A stretch of DNA of 64,000 nucleotides from Candidatus Poribacteria bacterium (GTDB lineage: Bacteria > Poribacteria > WGA-4E > WGA-3G): positions 2,208,001-2,272,000 of the forward strand of contig OZ219753.1 in NCBI GenBank assembly GCA_964291315.2. Direction: 5' to 3'. Below, in pieces: positions 27,815 to 39,200 of this stretch. The translations under genes and the position numbers were made by a program. The notes beneath the pieces are model-generated. The model was not told the origin of the DNA. It made no database searches and saw nothing but the letters and a program-made list of their open reading frames with translations. Numbering within the stretch: the first letter of the stretch is position 1; every line of letters starts with the position of its first letter.

Positions 27815-28708
27815 ATGTCAAAACATCACCTCTATTATGGCGACAACCTTGCAATTCTCCAGAGGTATATTCCTGATGACAGTATCAATTTAATCTATAT
27901 CGATCCGCCGTTCAACACCGGTAAATTCCAGAAACGAACAGAAATTCATGTCAAACCCGACACCCACGGCGATCGAGTCGGCTTCCAAGGTAGAACTTAC
28001 CAAACCCGCAAAGGTAAAACCACATCCTATACGGATAAGTTTGAAAGTTCAGACGCGTACTTGCAGTTCTTGCGTCCTCGTTTTGAAGAAGCATATCGGG
28101 CGCTGCACCCACACGGCAGCTTCTTCCTCCATATTGATTACCGAGAAGTCCATTATTGTAAAGTGATGCTCGATGAAATTTTCGGGCGAGAATCATTTAT
28201 GAATGAGATTATCTGGGCTTATGATTATGGCGGCAGACCTAAATCTCGCTGGCCGGCCAAGCACGATAATATCCTATGGTACGCTAAAGACCCGAAACAC
28301 TATACTTTCAATTTCGATCAGATGGACAGGATCCCTTACATGGCACCGGGGCTTGTGAGTAAAGAGAAAGCGGCGCGCGGTAAAACACCGACAGATGTTT
28401 GGTGGCACACCATCGTCAGCACCGGCGGAAAAGAGAAGACCGGTTATCCGACACAGAAACCGCTCGGTGTTCTGAATCGCATCGTTAAAGTACACTCATC
28501 GCTAGATGACACGCTCTTGGATTTTTTTGCCGGCAGTGGGACTTTCGGTGAGTCCGCGGCATTGCACAACCGTTCTTCAATCTTAATTGATCGCAACCCA
28601 CCTGCGATTAAAATTATTATGGACAGATTGGCACTCTATGGCATTGAGCTGGTCAATACGGATTACAATAGATTGATGGAGGCAGGAAATGAGACATCTT
28701 CCGCTTAG
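27815..28708 (+). CDS. Beta-class N4-C/N6-A DNA methyltransferase
   Basis: Motif order YGDNL, IYIDPPFN (IV), YPTQKP and DFFAGSGT (I). Confidence 0.93.
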   Translation: MSKHHLYYGDNLAILQRYIPDDSINLIYIDPPFNTGKFQKRTEIHVKPDTHGDRVGFQGRTYQTRKGKTTSYTDKFESSDAYLQFLRPRFEEAYRALHPHGSFFLHIDYREVHYCKVMLDEIFGRESFMNEIIWAYDYGGRPKSRWPAKHDNILWYAKDPKHYTFNFDQMDRIPYMAPGLVSKEKAARGKTPTDVWWHTIVSTGGKEKTGYPTQKPLGVLNRIVKVHSSLDDTLLDFFAGSGTFGESAALHNRSSILIDRNPPAIKIIMDRLALYGIELVNTDYNRLMEAGNETSSA

Positions 28709-29255
28709 TCCAGATGTAAGAGAGATAATCTCTATTGCTGAAGACTTACGCAATAATTATAGCGACTACGATTTGGATTGGATAGGAAGTCCCTTTGCTT
28801 GGATTGAATCTTTACCCTCTAGGACAATCGGGAAAGTAGGTGAACAACTTATAGCATCTTGGTGTGCAGCACAAAATTTTGATGTTAGGTCCTCACCGGA
28901 TTCAGAAGCGGATCGTATCATTGGTGGACTAAGGGTTGAAATCAAATTCTCAACCCTATGGAAAAGCGGTATATATAAGTTTCAGCAATTGCGAAATCAA
29001 GCGTACGATGTTGTTATCTTGTTAGGAATTAGTCCGTACGATGTTCATTGTTGGGTACTAGCCAAAGAGACAATATTAGAAAAATGGAAGTCTGGAGAGG
29101 TGAAATCGCAGCACACAGGAAGTCAAGGGACGGATACCGCATGGTTATCGGTTACCCCAAGTGCTCCTCAAATCTGGCTAACGCCGCGGAGTGGTAAGCC
29201 AGCAGATGCCATCGACGTACTACGCCAATTTACTGAAACGATGCACTGTAAATAG
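28689..29255 (+). CDS. Putative type II restriction endonuclease (PD-(D/E)xK)
   Basis: Overlaps the MTase gene by 20 bp. GKVGEQL...EADRII...VEIKFS and FQQLR resemble a PD-(D/E)xK core. Confidence 0.65.
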   Translation: MRHLPLSPDVREIISIAEDLRNNYSDYDLDWIGSPFAWIESLPSRTIGKVGEQLIASWCAAQNFDVRSSPDSEADRIIGGLRVEIKFSTLWKSGIYKFQQLRNQAYDVVILLGISPYDVHCWVLAKETILEKWKSGEVKSQHTGSQGTDTAWLSVTPSAPQIWLTPRSGKPADAIDVLRQFTETMHCK

Positions 29256-29474
29256 GTCGGATATGATAGTATTAAATTCGTCAGCACTAATTATTGAATT
29301 TTATTATGAAGGATGTTAGTTTCCCCACCTATATGGCTGAACAAAGAACAACTTTTTGACTATTTTCCTTGAAGCATATATGTCTAATAGACGTAAGTGC
29401 TTCTAATAGGTGGATAAAACGACGCACTTATTTTTCACCGAAGGTTTCGTTAAATAGACATTGGAGGTTACACA

Positions 29475-30146
29475 GTGAAACGATTTAAAGAGATTTCGGA
29501 ACAGATTCGAGATAGCATCGATCAATTCGTAGCGGAGGCTGATGCGGGCGGATCGGTACTTGATAAAACCGTTGTTGAGATGAAAAGGCGGATTGCCGTG
29601 GCAAAAGAGCTTGTGGCCGGAGCAATCGCTGAGAAACAAAAACTCAAGCGAGCCTATCAGGAAACAGTCAATGCCGCGGAGGTATGGGCTAAGAAGGCAG
29701 ATGCTGCTTTAAAAGATGGAGACCTCGCAGCCGCGCGAGAAGCAAGACAACACAAACGACAGATGTCACAACGCGCAAACGACTATGAACAGCAAATCCA
29801 GACACAACATGAAGTCATCACTGCCCTCAAAACGGCTCTAGACGATTTTTATCAACAGTTCCAAGAGACAGTGCAGCAGGCTGAAACGCTACAGCACACT
29901 CAAAAACAGGTAGAAACACGCCTTGAGCTCCATAAATTGCTTGCAGAAATAGAGCCTCATCTGTCCAAGGTTTTTGAAAAAGCTGATCAAAAGATAAAAA
30001 AGATCGAAGCCGAAGCCGAAGCTTGGGAAAAACTGAACTGCGGAACTGCCTCTGATCAACAGAAAACCCCAGGAGATGTTCTCAAGCTGGACCAGAAACT
30101 TGCAAAACTTAAAGCAGACATCTTGGGCAAAAAAGAAAATGATTGA
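29475..30146 (+). CDS. PspA/IM30-family coiled-coil protein
   Basis: About 220 aa, all-helical, with WAKKADAALKDGDLAAAREA matching the PspA conserved segment. SD GGAGG before a GTG start. Confidence 0.75.
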   Translation: MKRFKEISEQIRDSIDQFVAEADAGGSVLDKTVVEMKRRIAVAKELVAGAIAEKQKLKRAYQETVNAAEVWAKKADAALKDGDLAAAREARQHKRQMSQRANDYEQQIQTQHEVITALKTALDDFYQQFQETVQQAETLQHTQKQVETRLELHKLLAEIEPHLSKVFEKADQKIKKIEAEAEAWEKLNCGTASDQQKTPGDVLKLDQKLAKLKADILGKKEND

Positions 30147-30906
30147 GACTTTGAACCTGACAAAATATTTCGGCAAACTGTGTGCTGTAGATGAGCTGAC
30201 CTTACAAGTAAGTGGGGGGGAAATATTCGGGTTTCTAGGCCCTAACGGTGCCGGGAAAACGACAACAATCAACATGCTGACGGGCTTACTGCGTCCCACA
30301 TCAGGCACAGCGACGCTGGGCAGTTACGATATTCAGAAACAGAGTTTAAAAGCAAAATCAATTCTCGGGCTGATGCCGGACACTCCACAACTCTATGAAG
30401 CCTTAACGGGTAGACAGTTTGTCCGTATGATTGCTGATTTATATGAAGTGCCCTCCAAAAAAGCCGAATATGAGTTAGGTGTACTGCTTGAACAACTGGA
30501 GCTCGCCAATGCTGCTGACGATCAGATTAAGGCTTATTCCTACGGCATGCAGAAGAAAATTCTCCTCATCTCGCTCCTCGTACGTCATCCACAGATCCTT
30601 TTTCTTGACGAGCCCACCAGCGGACTGGATCCGAGGAGCGCACGCACTGTCAGAGAAATCTTACGGAAACGTTGTGAGCAGGGCAGCACGGTTTTTATGA
30701 CAACACATATCCTCGAAATCGCGGAACGAATGTGTGACCGAGTCGGTATTATTAGCAGAGGTCAACTCGTTGCTGTTGGAACGCTCGCTGAATTACAGCA
30801 AAAGAAGCGGGAACTACACGCACAGCCCACCCCTATAAATCAGCATTATACCGAGACATTAGAGGACATTTTTCTCGATCTTACAGCCGGTTTTTCTAAG
30901 GAATAA
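30139..30906 (+). CDS. ABC transporter ATP-binding protein (ABC-2/export type)
   Basis: GPNGAGKT, YSYGMQKK, LFLDEPT and TTH motifs. The start is placed at MIETLNL. Confidence 0.93.
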   Translation: MIETLNLTKYFGKLCAVDELTLQVSGGEIFGFLGPNGAGKTTTINMLTGLLRPTSGTATLGSYDIQKQSLKAKSILGLMPDTPQLYEALTGRQFVRMIADLYEVPSKKAEYELGVLLEQLELANAADDQIKAYSYGMQKKILLISLLVRHPQILFLDEPTSGLDPRSARTVREILRKRCEQGSTVFMTTHILEIAERMCDRVGIISRGQLVAVGTLAELQQKKRELHAQPTPINQHYTETLEDIFLDLTAGFSKE

Positions 30907-30931
30907 TTCTAAGTGAGAGGGCAGAATTTAA

Positions 30932-32569
30932 ATGTTAAAAAACATCAAAATCCTCCTAAAAACAGACTGGCAAGGATGGATGAACGGTCTTAAGCACGCT
31001 GGAATAGAACGGCGGAAAAGTGGCTTGAAGGGCATCGGTTACCTGGCGCTTATCGCCGCACTATCGGTATTCGGCAGTTCGCTTTTCACCCATTTGCGGC
31101 TAACCGAGGCAAAACCTACCCTCATATTAACCGTGGTTAACGGATTCATGATCTTTGGAATTATTATCGTCGCAAAGGAATTGATGGAAAGCTCGTTAAA
31201 AACGCTCTACGAATCACCTGAAATTGTGTTATTACACGCTGCCCCGATTCAACCCGTCGCTATTTTCGGATACAAGTTCATTTACCTCACACTCACCCGT
31301 CTATTCAGCATTCTCTGTTTTTTAGGGCCCCCATGGGTCGCGTTCGGCGTAATATTCAGTCTCCCATGGCACTTTTACATAGCATTTTTTCCGATAAGTC
31401 TCTGTCTTCTGATAATAATCGCTAGTTACGTTACGATCAGCGTGATGGTGATCGCGCGTTTCTTTTCTTCGAGCAGTTTTCTCAGAATCCTCAAGGTACT
31501 TGGCACAGCGGTAGGCGTGACAATGGGGTTCCTGATATCGTTGATGCTGTTTATTGGAACCGAGGCGGTATCGGTAAAGCAATTTTTGATCAATTGGCTA
31601 TCTACTAGAACAACAGACGCGGCTGCTACTTGGTATCCGCACGAATGGATGGGGCATCTCTTGTTGAGTTGGACAACTGGATCTACAGTCGGTGTCCAAT
31701 TACGGTGGGTACTTGGCGGGTGTGGAATAAGCTTCGCCTCTGTCGGGTTGGCCGCTCTGACTGCGCAATGGATTTATCAACAGGGTTGGGAAAATATCCG
31801 CCAACTGAAAGCAAAACGGAAACTAACACGAAGCGGTACTAATGCCACGGTCTCGCGCTTAAAAAGCTACGTACTGGTATCCGGACGCGGTAAAATACGC
31901 GCCCTGATGCTAAAAGATTTCTTGGTCTTCATCAAACATAGTGGACGACTCATCGCTATTATAATGCTCACGCTCTATCTGGCAGTTCATATCGGTGTTT
32001 TATTCATGCGCACAGATGGCGCGGGGACGAATGCTGCTGAGATTTTTACCATGCAAATCGTACTTTATAGCATTCTTATTAGTTTCGGTATCAGTTGCAA
32101 CGGTCTGCGGGAGGAAGCAAGAACATGGTGGATGTTGAAATCCGCTCCGGTCACACCAAAACTCGTATTCACAAGCAAATTTTTGACTGCGTTGTGCTGC
32201 ACTGTGGTCTATGCGGAATTCTGGTCGCTCACTGTTATTTATCTGCTTCGAATTCCACGAGAGAATTGGATACCGATGCTACTCATCCCTATTATAACGC
32301 TTCCCGCAGTATGTGCAGTGAATACAATGACTGGCACACTCTCGTGGATGGCAGAACTGACACAGCAACCGAAACCTTTCTTGCGAGTTTTAACTTTCAC
32401 TGTGATACTCATAGCTGATATAATACTTCTCACGCCCCCGATAATAGCGTGGTATACTCAGAACCTTATAGTGTTTATTGCCTTGATATTCTTTCTTGCC
32501 GGTGTCTTCATGATGTCCTATAGGCGGGGAATACATAATACCGGCAAATTGTTGGTTGCACAGCAGTAA
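30932..32569 (+). CDS. Putative ABC exporter permease
   Basis: About 12 TM segments in two repeated halves with LLHAAPI and MLKSAPV..K motifs; follows the ATPase gene. Confidence 0.8.
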   Translation: MLKNIKILLKTDWQGWMNGLKHAGIERRKSGLKGIGYLALIAALSVFGSSLFTHLRLTEAKPTLILTVVNGFMIFGIIIVAKELMESSLKTLYESPEIVLLHAAPIQPVAIFGYKFIYLTLTRLFSILCFLGPPWVAFGVIFSLPWHFYIAFFPISLCLLIIIASYVTISVMVIARFFSSSSFLRILKVLGTAVGVTMGFLISLMLFIGTEAVSVKQFLINWLSTRTTDAAATWYPHEWMGHLLLSWTTGSTVGVQLRWVLGGCGISFASVGLAALTAQWIYQQGWENIRQLKAKRKLTRSGTNATVSRLKSYVLVSGRGKIRALMLKDFLVFIKHSGRLIAIIMLTLYLAVHIGVLFMRTDGAGTNAAEIFTMQIVLYSILISFGISCNGLREEARTWWMLKSAPVTPKLVFTSKFLTALCCTVVYAEFWSLTVIYLLRIPRENWIPMLLIPIITLPAVCAVNTMTGTLSWMAELTQQPKPFLRVLTFTVILIADIILLTPPIIAWYTQNLIVFIALIFFLAGVFMMSYRRGIHNTGKLLVAQQ

Positions 32570-32639
32570 TGTCCATACACCTAATGAGATTAACTAACAC
32601 GTCTGTTTTTACATACATGAGCAGAAGAAAGAAGAGAAT

Positions 32640-33170
32640 ATGTTGATAGCGTATGAAGGGATGATGCCTAGTGTACATCCATCTGTTTTTGTGGCCCCGG
32701 GAGCAATGATTGTTGGTGATGTAACAGTCGCGGAAGAATCGAGCATCTGGTTTAATAGCGTACTCCGCGGCGATTTAGAACCGATCCGTATCGGATGTCG
32801 TACCAACATTCAGGACGGTTCGCTGATACACATGGACAAAGAAATTCCGTGTCTCATCGGTGATGATGTTACCATCGGGCACGGTGCGATTCTCCACAGC
32901 TGCACCATCGGGAAAGAGGCACTCATAGGTATGGGAGCGGTACTCTTAACAGGGTCGATCATTGGGGAACGTGCCATTATCGCAGCTGGCACGCTCGTAC
33001 GCGAAGGACAGGAGATCCCTCCTGCATCGATTGCTATGGGAGTGCCCGCAAAAGTGCGGCGTGAGGTCACGGAAGTCGAACTTGAACGCGTCCGACGTGG
33101 TAAAAACGATTACGTCCTACGTGGCAAACTGATGAAAAATAGCCTCCAGCAGTCTGCAGCCTGCAGTTAG
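32640..33170 (+). CDS. Gamma carbonic anhydrase family (YrdA/PaaY-like) protein
   Basis: SSIWFNSVLRGD, TNIQDG..IH and VTIGHGAILH motifs. Confidence 0.92.
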   Translation: MLIAYEGMMPSVHPSVFVAPGAMIVGDVTVAEESSIWFNSVLRGDLEPIRIGCRTNIQDGSLIHMDKEIPCLIGDDVTIGHGAILHSCTIGKEALIGMGAVLLTGSIIGERAIIAAGTLVREGQEIPPASIAMGVPAKVRREVTEVELERVRRGKNDYVLRGKLMKNSLQQSAACS

Positions 33171-33239
33171 CAAGAGGCCCCCGGTTTATCAGAAAATCTC
33201 TTTACTGAAAGTTTCTAATAAATAGTAAAAGGAGAAACA

Positions 33240-34280
33240 GTGGCAAAACGAACATGTTTGATGATTGGCGGCAGCGGTATGGCAGGCGGTTGGATTAACA
33301 ATTTCACTACGAGCTTCAAGCATCGCATTGAAATCGTGGGCTTAGCAGACGTGAATAGAGATGTTCTTACCATACAAGGCGAAACGTTGGGCCTCAGCAC
33401 CTCGCAGCTTTTCACAGACTTCAATGAAGCTTGTGCAACCGTGAAAGCAGACTTCTGTGGTATCGCTGTTCCACCGCAATTCCACAGTCCCGCGGCGATT
33501 GCCGCTATGGAAAACGGGATGCCGGTTATTTGCGAAAAGCCGATCGCCGACACGTTGGAAGCAGCGAAAGCAATGGTGCGTACCGCGCAGAAAACCGGAT
33601 TGCCGTGCACTATCATCCAGAACTATCGCTACGCCGATAACAAACAGGAGCTGATTCGCATCCGTGACGAAGGGAGATTAGGACGACTTCAGCATATTGT
33701 CGGCAGATATGCCTGCGATTACCGCCGCTATCTTTCGTGGGGGAAAGCATGGCGACACGATATGGATTTTGGGCTCTTGTTTGAAGGCTCAGTCCACCAC
33801 CTAGACATGCTTCGCTTCCTCTCGGGCGGAGATTGTGAAACCCTGATAGGATTCGGGTGGAACCCAGAATGGTCCAGCTTCAAACACTACTCTAGCGGTC
33901 TCTATATAATGCGGATGAATAACGGTATACATACCTCTTATGAAGGCAATAGCTCATCGGCAGGCATCGTCAACTGCTGGAATCATGAACACTACCGCGC
34001 CGAGTTCGAAGAAGGAGCCGTCGAAATATCGGGCGGAAACCAGATGAAGGTCCACCGCATCGGCGGAGAAACAGAAGTCTACGAGGCACCCGCAATCCGT
34101 TATCAAGCACATCAGTATCTGTTTGATGAGTTCCTGAATTGGCTTGATGGGGACGAACCCTCTGATACACGAATCGAAGATAACATCAAAAGTTTCGTTC
34201 TAGTCATCGCAGCGATGGAAACAACGCTTGACGGGCAACCGAAACAGATTGCCGATTACCTTAGCGATTTGCAACTTTAA
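33240..34280 (+). CDS. Gfo/Idh/MocA oxidoreductase
   Basis: IGGSGM, VPPQFH, CEKP, QNYRY and HHLD motifs. Confidence 0.92.
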   Translation: MAKRTCLMIGGSGMAGGWINNFTTSFKHRIEIVGLADVNRDVLTIQGETLGLSTSQLFTDFNEACATVKADFCGIAVPPQFHSPAAIAAMENGMPVICEKPIADTLEAAKAMVRTAQKTGLPCTIIQNYRYADNKQELIRIRDEGRLGRLQHIVGRYACDYRRYLSWGKAWRHDMDFGLLFEGSVHHLDMLRFLSGGDCETLIGFGWNPEWSSFKHYSSGLYIMRMNNGIHTSYEGNSSSAGIVNCWNHEHYRAEFEEGAVEISGGNQMKVHRIGGETEVYEAPAIRYQAHQYLFDEFLNWLDGDEPSDTRIEDNIKSFVLVIAAMETTLDGQPKQIADYLSDLQL

Positions 34281-34482
34281 GGCGTACGTAGGCGCTTGCG
34301 TTCAGGTCGGTTGTGTCTCGAACAGACCTTAGCTGCGCCTGTGCGCTACTGCCCCACTGTTCACTTAGATTATGAAGCGTTAACAGCCGTTTCATCACCT
34401 CATCACCTTTGACAGGGGCTGTCCGAACGTCTGGTCGATATCGACAGTCTCGATACTGACTATACTTAACCGTTTAAAAGTT

Positions 34483-34779
34483 ATGCTCAACCCAAATAAG
34501 GAAGTACCGCTTCTCCTTGAGGATATTCCCGAATCGGAGCAGCGTGCCCTGCTTGAAAAGGTAGCAACATGGATTGTACGACGCGGTTTGGCGCCCGTTG
34601 CAATCCTCTTCTTAGAGACCGGCAAACCGATTAACTTTCTAGGCAGTCAAATTTTGATCGGATTTAGCCCTTTTATTCAAGCGATTTTCAAAGGAGACGA
34701 ATACCAGAAATTCGCGCTTATCTTGGAAAAAGACGCAAATGTTGAACTGCTTATTGAATTGATTGAGGCGCATTCATGA
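34483..34779 (+). CDS. Conserved hypothetical protein
   Basis: 98-aa ORF with an LLEKVA..IVRRGL..AILFLE..KP..FLGSQ pattern that looks like a natural protein. No function can be assigned. Confidence 0.7.
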   Translation: MLNPNKEVPLLLEDIPESEQRALLEKVATWIVRRGLAPVAILFLETGKPINFLGSQILIGFSPFIQAIFKGDEYQKFALILEKDANVELLIELIEAHS

Positions 34780-34915
34780 CGGTTTCGTTGGTAAAATAGG
34801 CGCGAATTCTCTATCAACCACGGGACATGCGAGCCGAAGTACCACGCCTGATTGGATATAGGGAGAAGACCGTTCATGCAAAAACGGTTTTAGCTAATCA
34901 CAAGGAAAGGGAAAA

Positions 34916-36265
34916 ATGGCAATTGAATTGCGAATGATTCAGATGGATCAGACGATGACGAAGGGAAAAATCGGTAAATGGCTCGTCAAAGAAGGCGATA
35001 CCGTCAATCAGGGACAACCGTTACTTGAGATTGAAACCGATAAGGTAGTCCACGAACAGGAGTCGCCTGCTGACGGCGTTATCGTCCAGCTTCTTGCCGA
35101 AGAGGGTGCCAATGTTCCAGTGAATGCCATCTTAGCAATCATCGGGGCCCCGGGGGAAGAAGTGGCACGCGTTGAAGTGGGTGCGGCTGCGGAACAACCA
35201 GCGTCTGTACAATCTGAACAACCCAAAGTAAGTGCATCAACAACTCATGAGATAAAAGCCTCTCCGGCCGCCCGTCAGCTCGCTGAAAAACTCGCTATCG
35301 ACATGACAGCGGTCAAAGCCTCTGGCCCCGGCGGACGTATTCTTGAAAGCGACGTACAACGGTATATCGACTTGAGAGGCCAAATATCTGCTGACGATGC
35401 CTCACGCCTTAAGGCATCGCCGCTTGCTCGGCGTTTAGCGAAAGAACACGGGCTCGATCTGAGATCAATTGTCGGCTCTGGTCCCGATGGCAGAATTGTC
35501 CGCGACGATGTGTTGCAAGCAGACAGCACAGCTTCATCTCTCTCCGCGCCTGTTGTAGAGACAGCTGCCCCTCAGCAGGCAACAGAAATTATTTCTATGA
35601 GCGGTGTCCGCGAGATCATCGCGGAACGAATGACCCTGAGTGTCCAAACGAACGCCAGCGTCACGCTCCACACAGAGATTGACGCAACAAACTTTGTGGA
35701 GCTGCGCGGGATGCTCAACGACAAACTGCAGACGAGAGAGGTGAATCTCACCTATACGGATCTGCTCGTGAAAGTCGTCGCAAATGCGCTGCGGGAACAT
35801 CCACGCCTCAACGCAACGCTTACAGATGACAGGATTCACCTGCTCTCAGAAATTAATATCGGGGTAGCAGTCGCTATAGAAGAGGGTCTAGTGGTACCGG
35901 TCGTTCGAAACGCAGATACTGCAAGGTTATCAGAAATCTCAGCACAGGTGAGCGGTTACGCTGATCGGGCACGTCGCAATCAGCTAACACCCGGAGAACT
36001 TCAAGGCGGTACTTTTACGATTACAAACCTCGGGAATTTTGGGATCGATGCGTTTACCCCTATTATCAATCCACCCGAGAGTGCTATTCTTGGAGTGGGA
36101 CGGATTCTAAAAAAACCGGTTGTTCATGAAGATGAGATTGTTATTCGTAACATGCTGACGTTGAGCTTGACGTTTGACCACCGTGTTGTGGACGGTGCGC
36201 CTGCTGCGCAGTTCCTACACACGATCGCTGGATATATTCAAGATCCGTATTTGTTGTTGGTGTAG
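34916..36265 (+). CDS. 2-oxoacid/acetoin dehydrogenase E2 dihydrolipoamide acyltransferase
   Basis: Lipoyl domain ETDKV, two peripheral-subunit-binding domains (ASPAARQLA, ASPLARRLA) and catalytic FDHRVVDG. Confidence 0.95.
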   Translation: MAIELRMIQMDQTMTKGKIGKWLVKEGDTVNQGQPLLEIETDKVVHEQESPADGVIVQLLAEEGANVPVNAILAIIGAPGEEVARVEVGAAAEQPASVQSEQPKVSASTTHEIKASPAARQLAEKLAIDMTAVKASGPGGRILESDVQRYIDLRGQISADDASRLKASPLARRLAKEHGLDLRSIVGSGPDGRIVRDDVLQADSTASSLSAPVVETAAPQQATEIISMSGVREIIAERMTLSVQTNASVTLHTEIDATNFVELRGMLNDKLQTREVNLTYTDLLVKVVANALREHPRLNATLTDDRIHLLSEINIGVAVAIEEGLVVPVVRNADTARLSEISAQVSGYADRARRNQLTPGELQGGTFTITNLGNFGIDAFTPIINPPESAILGVGRILKKPVVHEDEIVIRNMLTLSLTFDHRVVDGAPAAQFLHTIAGYIQDPYLLLV

Positions 36266-36268
36266 TTC

Positions 36269-39200
36269 TTACTCATCCTCATCCGGCTGGATCCCCACTT
36301 TTTCAAACATCAGGTCCAAATACGATTTCTGATCTTCGAAAAGTTTACCGGTAGAACCGTCTTCCTTCTTTTGATGCCAATCGAGTCGAAGTATGTTGTA
36401 GGGCAAGAGATTTTCTCTAACAAACGCAACCGATTCTCGATGTCCTAACTGGGAGCTATCTCGTAACAATAGAAATGCATTGAGGCAGAAGGTTCGCCCT
36501 GTTTCAGCTGCTAACTGCTTTTCGAGAGCGATGAGCGTCTTATCCTCAGATTTTTGAGCGAGTTTAACTTTCGGATGCAGCGTATAGTTGCCCTTTGATC
36601 CCCCGATGATGTCGCGTTCCCCCTTTGGATCAATAAAAATAAGATGTGTTATATTCTTTTGCGTATCAAGCGCCCATAACACAAAATCAGGATAATAGCT
36701 CCCTGCGTCACTTTCTAAATAGATACCGATCTTCTGCATGTTGCGCATCAGATAGAATTCGTATCTTTCGCTCCGTAGGTAACGGATCTTGATATATTCT
36801 GTCAAGTTTTCAACAAACTTCTTTTCACCTGCGTTTAACCGATCGGGGGCTACTTTAACTTCGCGATGCTTGTGTTCTACCTCTTCCTGAGGGAGCATAA
36901 GGGGTTCGTAAATATGCCGATGGCCTCGAGGCAAGTGGAGGCGCAGTCTGTTTTGGAGTTGAAGGTATGGGTTTTCTTGGAGTGCATCCGTTTCAGCGTT
37001 CTCAACCTGCTGCAAAAAGGTGTCCAATTCATCTTGCGTTGGAAATTCTTTTGTCACCGTATATGCATAGATAAAATCGCTCCGTTTTAAGGGTTCATAA
37101 ACATAGTTCGTGCGATTGATATGGGCGTTTATGCGGTTCCGCAAATTACGGGCGACATCAATTACAATCCGATAGTTGAGTCGATCTGTCCAAGCGATCG
37201 GATCTTGTCCCTGCTTTTTATAGCGAATTTCTGTGACGAGCAATAAGAAATTAACGAGGGTCGGTTCATAATTTGCTCTGCTATAGAGTTGGAGCTGGTT
37301 TTTCTGCGCTTCCCGCCGAATAACGGTGGCCAGTTTTGCTCTATTCAAATAACAAGCGTACTTTTCATTGTTCTGCCGTAGATCCTCATAGACATCTGGT
37401 GCGTTCTTTGTTCTATCTGTTCGGTAATCTAGCGTCAGGGGTCTCCAATTATTGAGGGTGCCTGATTTTTCGGTGCCTTCCTCAAGATAGGTATAATGTA
37501 TGCTCCGTCCCTTGAAGGTTACGCGTTTTATCCCGCTGCCTGCCGTCTTGCCCTGCTTAAAAATGGGCAATTTGTGGCGATATTCCTCAAAGTTAACCGC
37601 TGTGCTGCTATCTATTTTAAAAACCGTTGGATTGACCTGAATCTTAAAGACGTGTTGAAGGGCGACTCCTCCGGCGTGAACTTCATCCAGGAACCGTTTC
37701 AGGTAGCTTTGTCGCAAACTATAGACAGTCAATGTTTCCAAGCGCCGGATGTCAGATTCTTTGTTTTGATACGGAAAACGATAGTCGGATTGATGCTCGA
37801 TATACCGCCGTTTTCCATTTCCGCCTTTGCCTCGCAAGCGAACCCCGCGACCGAAGATCTGAATAATCAGGTTTCCTGGGGAGCTCCCTAAGTTAATCAA
37901 ATCGATGACAGAAAGCCGGTAGGAGTTCCAGCCTTCAGCGAACTTACGACTTCCGATCAACACATTTATGGGGCTAGTCTCGTTATCAAGATTCTCAAAT
38001 TGGAGGTTTGGGTCTTTAATTGCCTCAAGGCGCGTTTGGATGCGGCTGTTTTCAATGCTATTGTAAAAGCTGATAGCATCGCCGACGTTAATCATTCCCC
38101 ATTTTTCGCCATCTCCGTAAGAGAGGAGCAGCTCGCTATTACTGTCTGGGTTTCGAGCGATGACTAAGGGCCCGATAATGTCGTCATTGAAGATGGATCT
38201 GAATTTCTGGCGTTCCCGCTCGCTCAATGCTGCGAGATAATCGAGGACTTTCTGGATGTCGGAAACTTCATCATTTCTGCCCTCTTCCTTCGGATTTTCG
38301 ACGGTGTGCCCCATAAACGCCATTAAGGGCCGATGTACCGTCAGGTCATCGTCCGTCCCTTCATCGTCTTGCACTCTATAGAAGGCCTCTAATTTTTCCG
38401 CCATGACTCGGAGACACTCGTCTAGGTTATCCTTAATTTCTGTCTCGGGTTCATCAGCTACTATATCTGCTGCGATAGGCTTGAAGAAGTGGTCTTTGCC
38501 ATAGCCATCGTTATAAAATCGGGCGTAATCGTATCGATAGATGATTGCATTGTCATATTCGTCTTTCAACGTCTTGGCGACATTATGAAAGGTGGCGGAA
38601 TATTCAAATAGGAAGGAATTTCGCACATTGAGGCGGTTCCGGAGTTCTCTGAATTTACCAGACTGCTGACTGGTCAAACCGATGTGTGCTTCGTCCACTA
38701 AAATGAGCCGCCGAATCTCCGCCTCATCTGGCAAATGGAAGTAGTCATCTTCCTTCTGTAGCAGCCCTTGGGTCGTGTCAATGGTGAGTTCGATCCGGTT
38801 ATTATAAGTTTCATTGAGTTTATCGACGTAGGGTTTCAATTCGCGTTCATGCTGTTTAATCAGGTTTGCCAACGGGGTGGTTAGGAAGATTTGAAGGCGT
38901 GCGTTGCCTTTTCGGCAGAAATGATGAAAATATTGGAGGATATTAAGGTGCATGACGAGCGTTTTCCCGCTGCCGGTCGCCATCCAATACGCCAGCATGC
39001 GTTGTGCTTCTGCGTCGCTATTTTCACTGTATCCCTCCGATTGCCGATCAGCAAAAAAGCACTCTGTGAAAAGCAGTGCCAATACCTGATAGTAACGCAG
39101 CTTAAAGGTCTGCCTCGTCAGGTAATGGTAATCGTCCAGGAAGCTCCGAATCCGCTCTAGCGGCTCAACGGGCAGTTGTAATAACCGATCCGGATCATAC

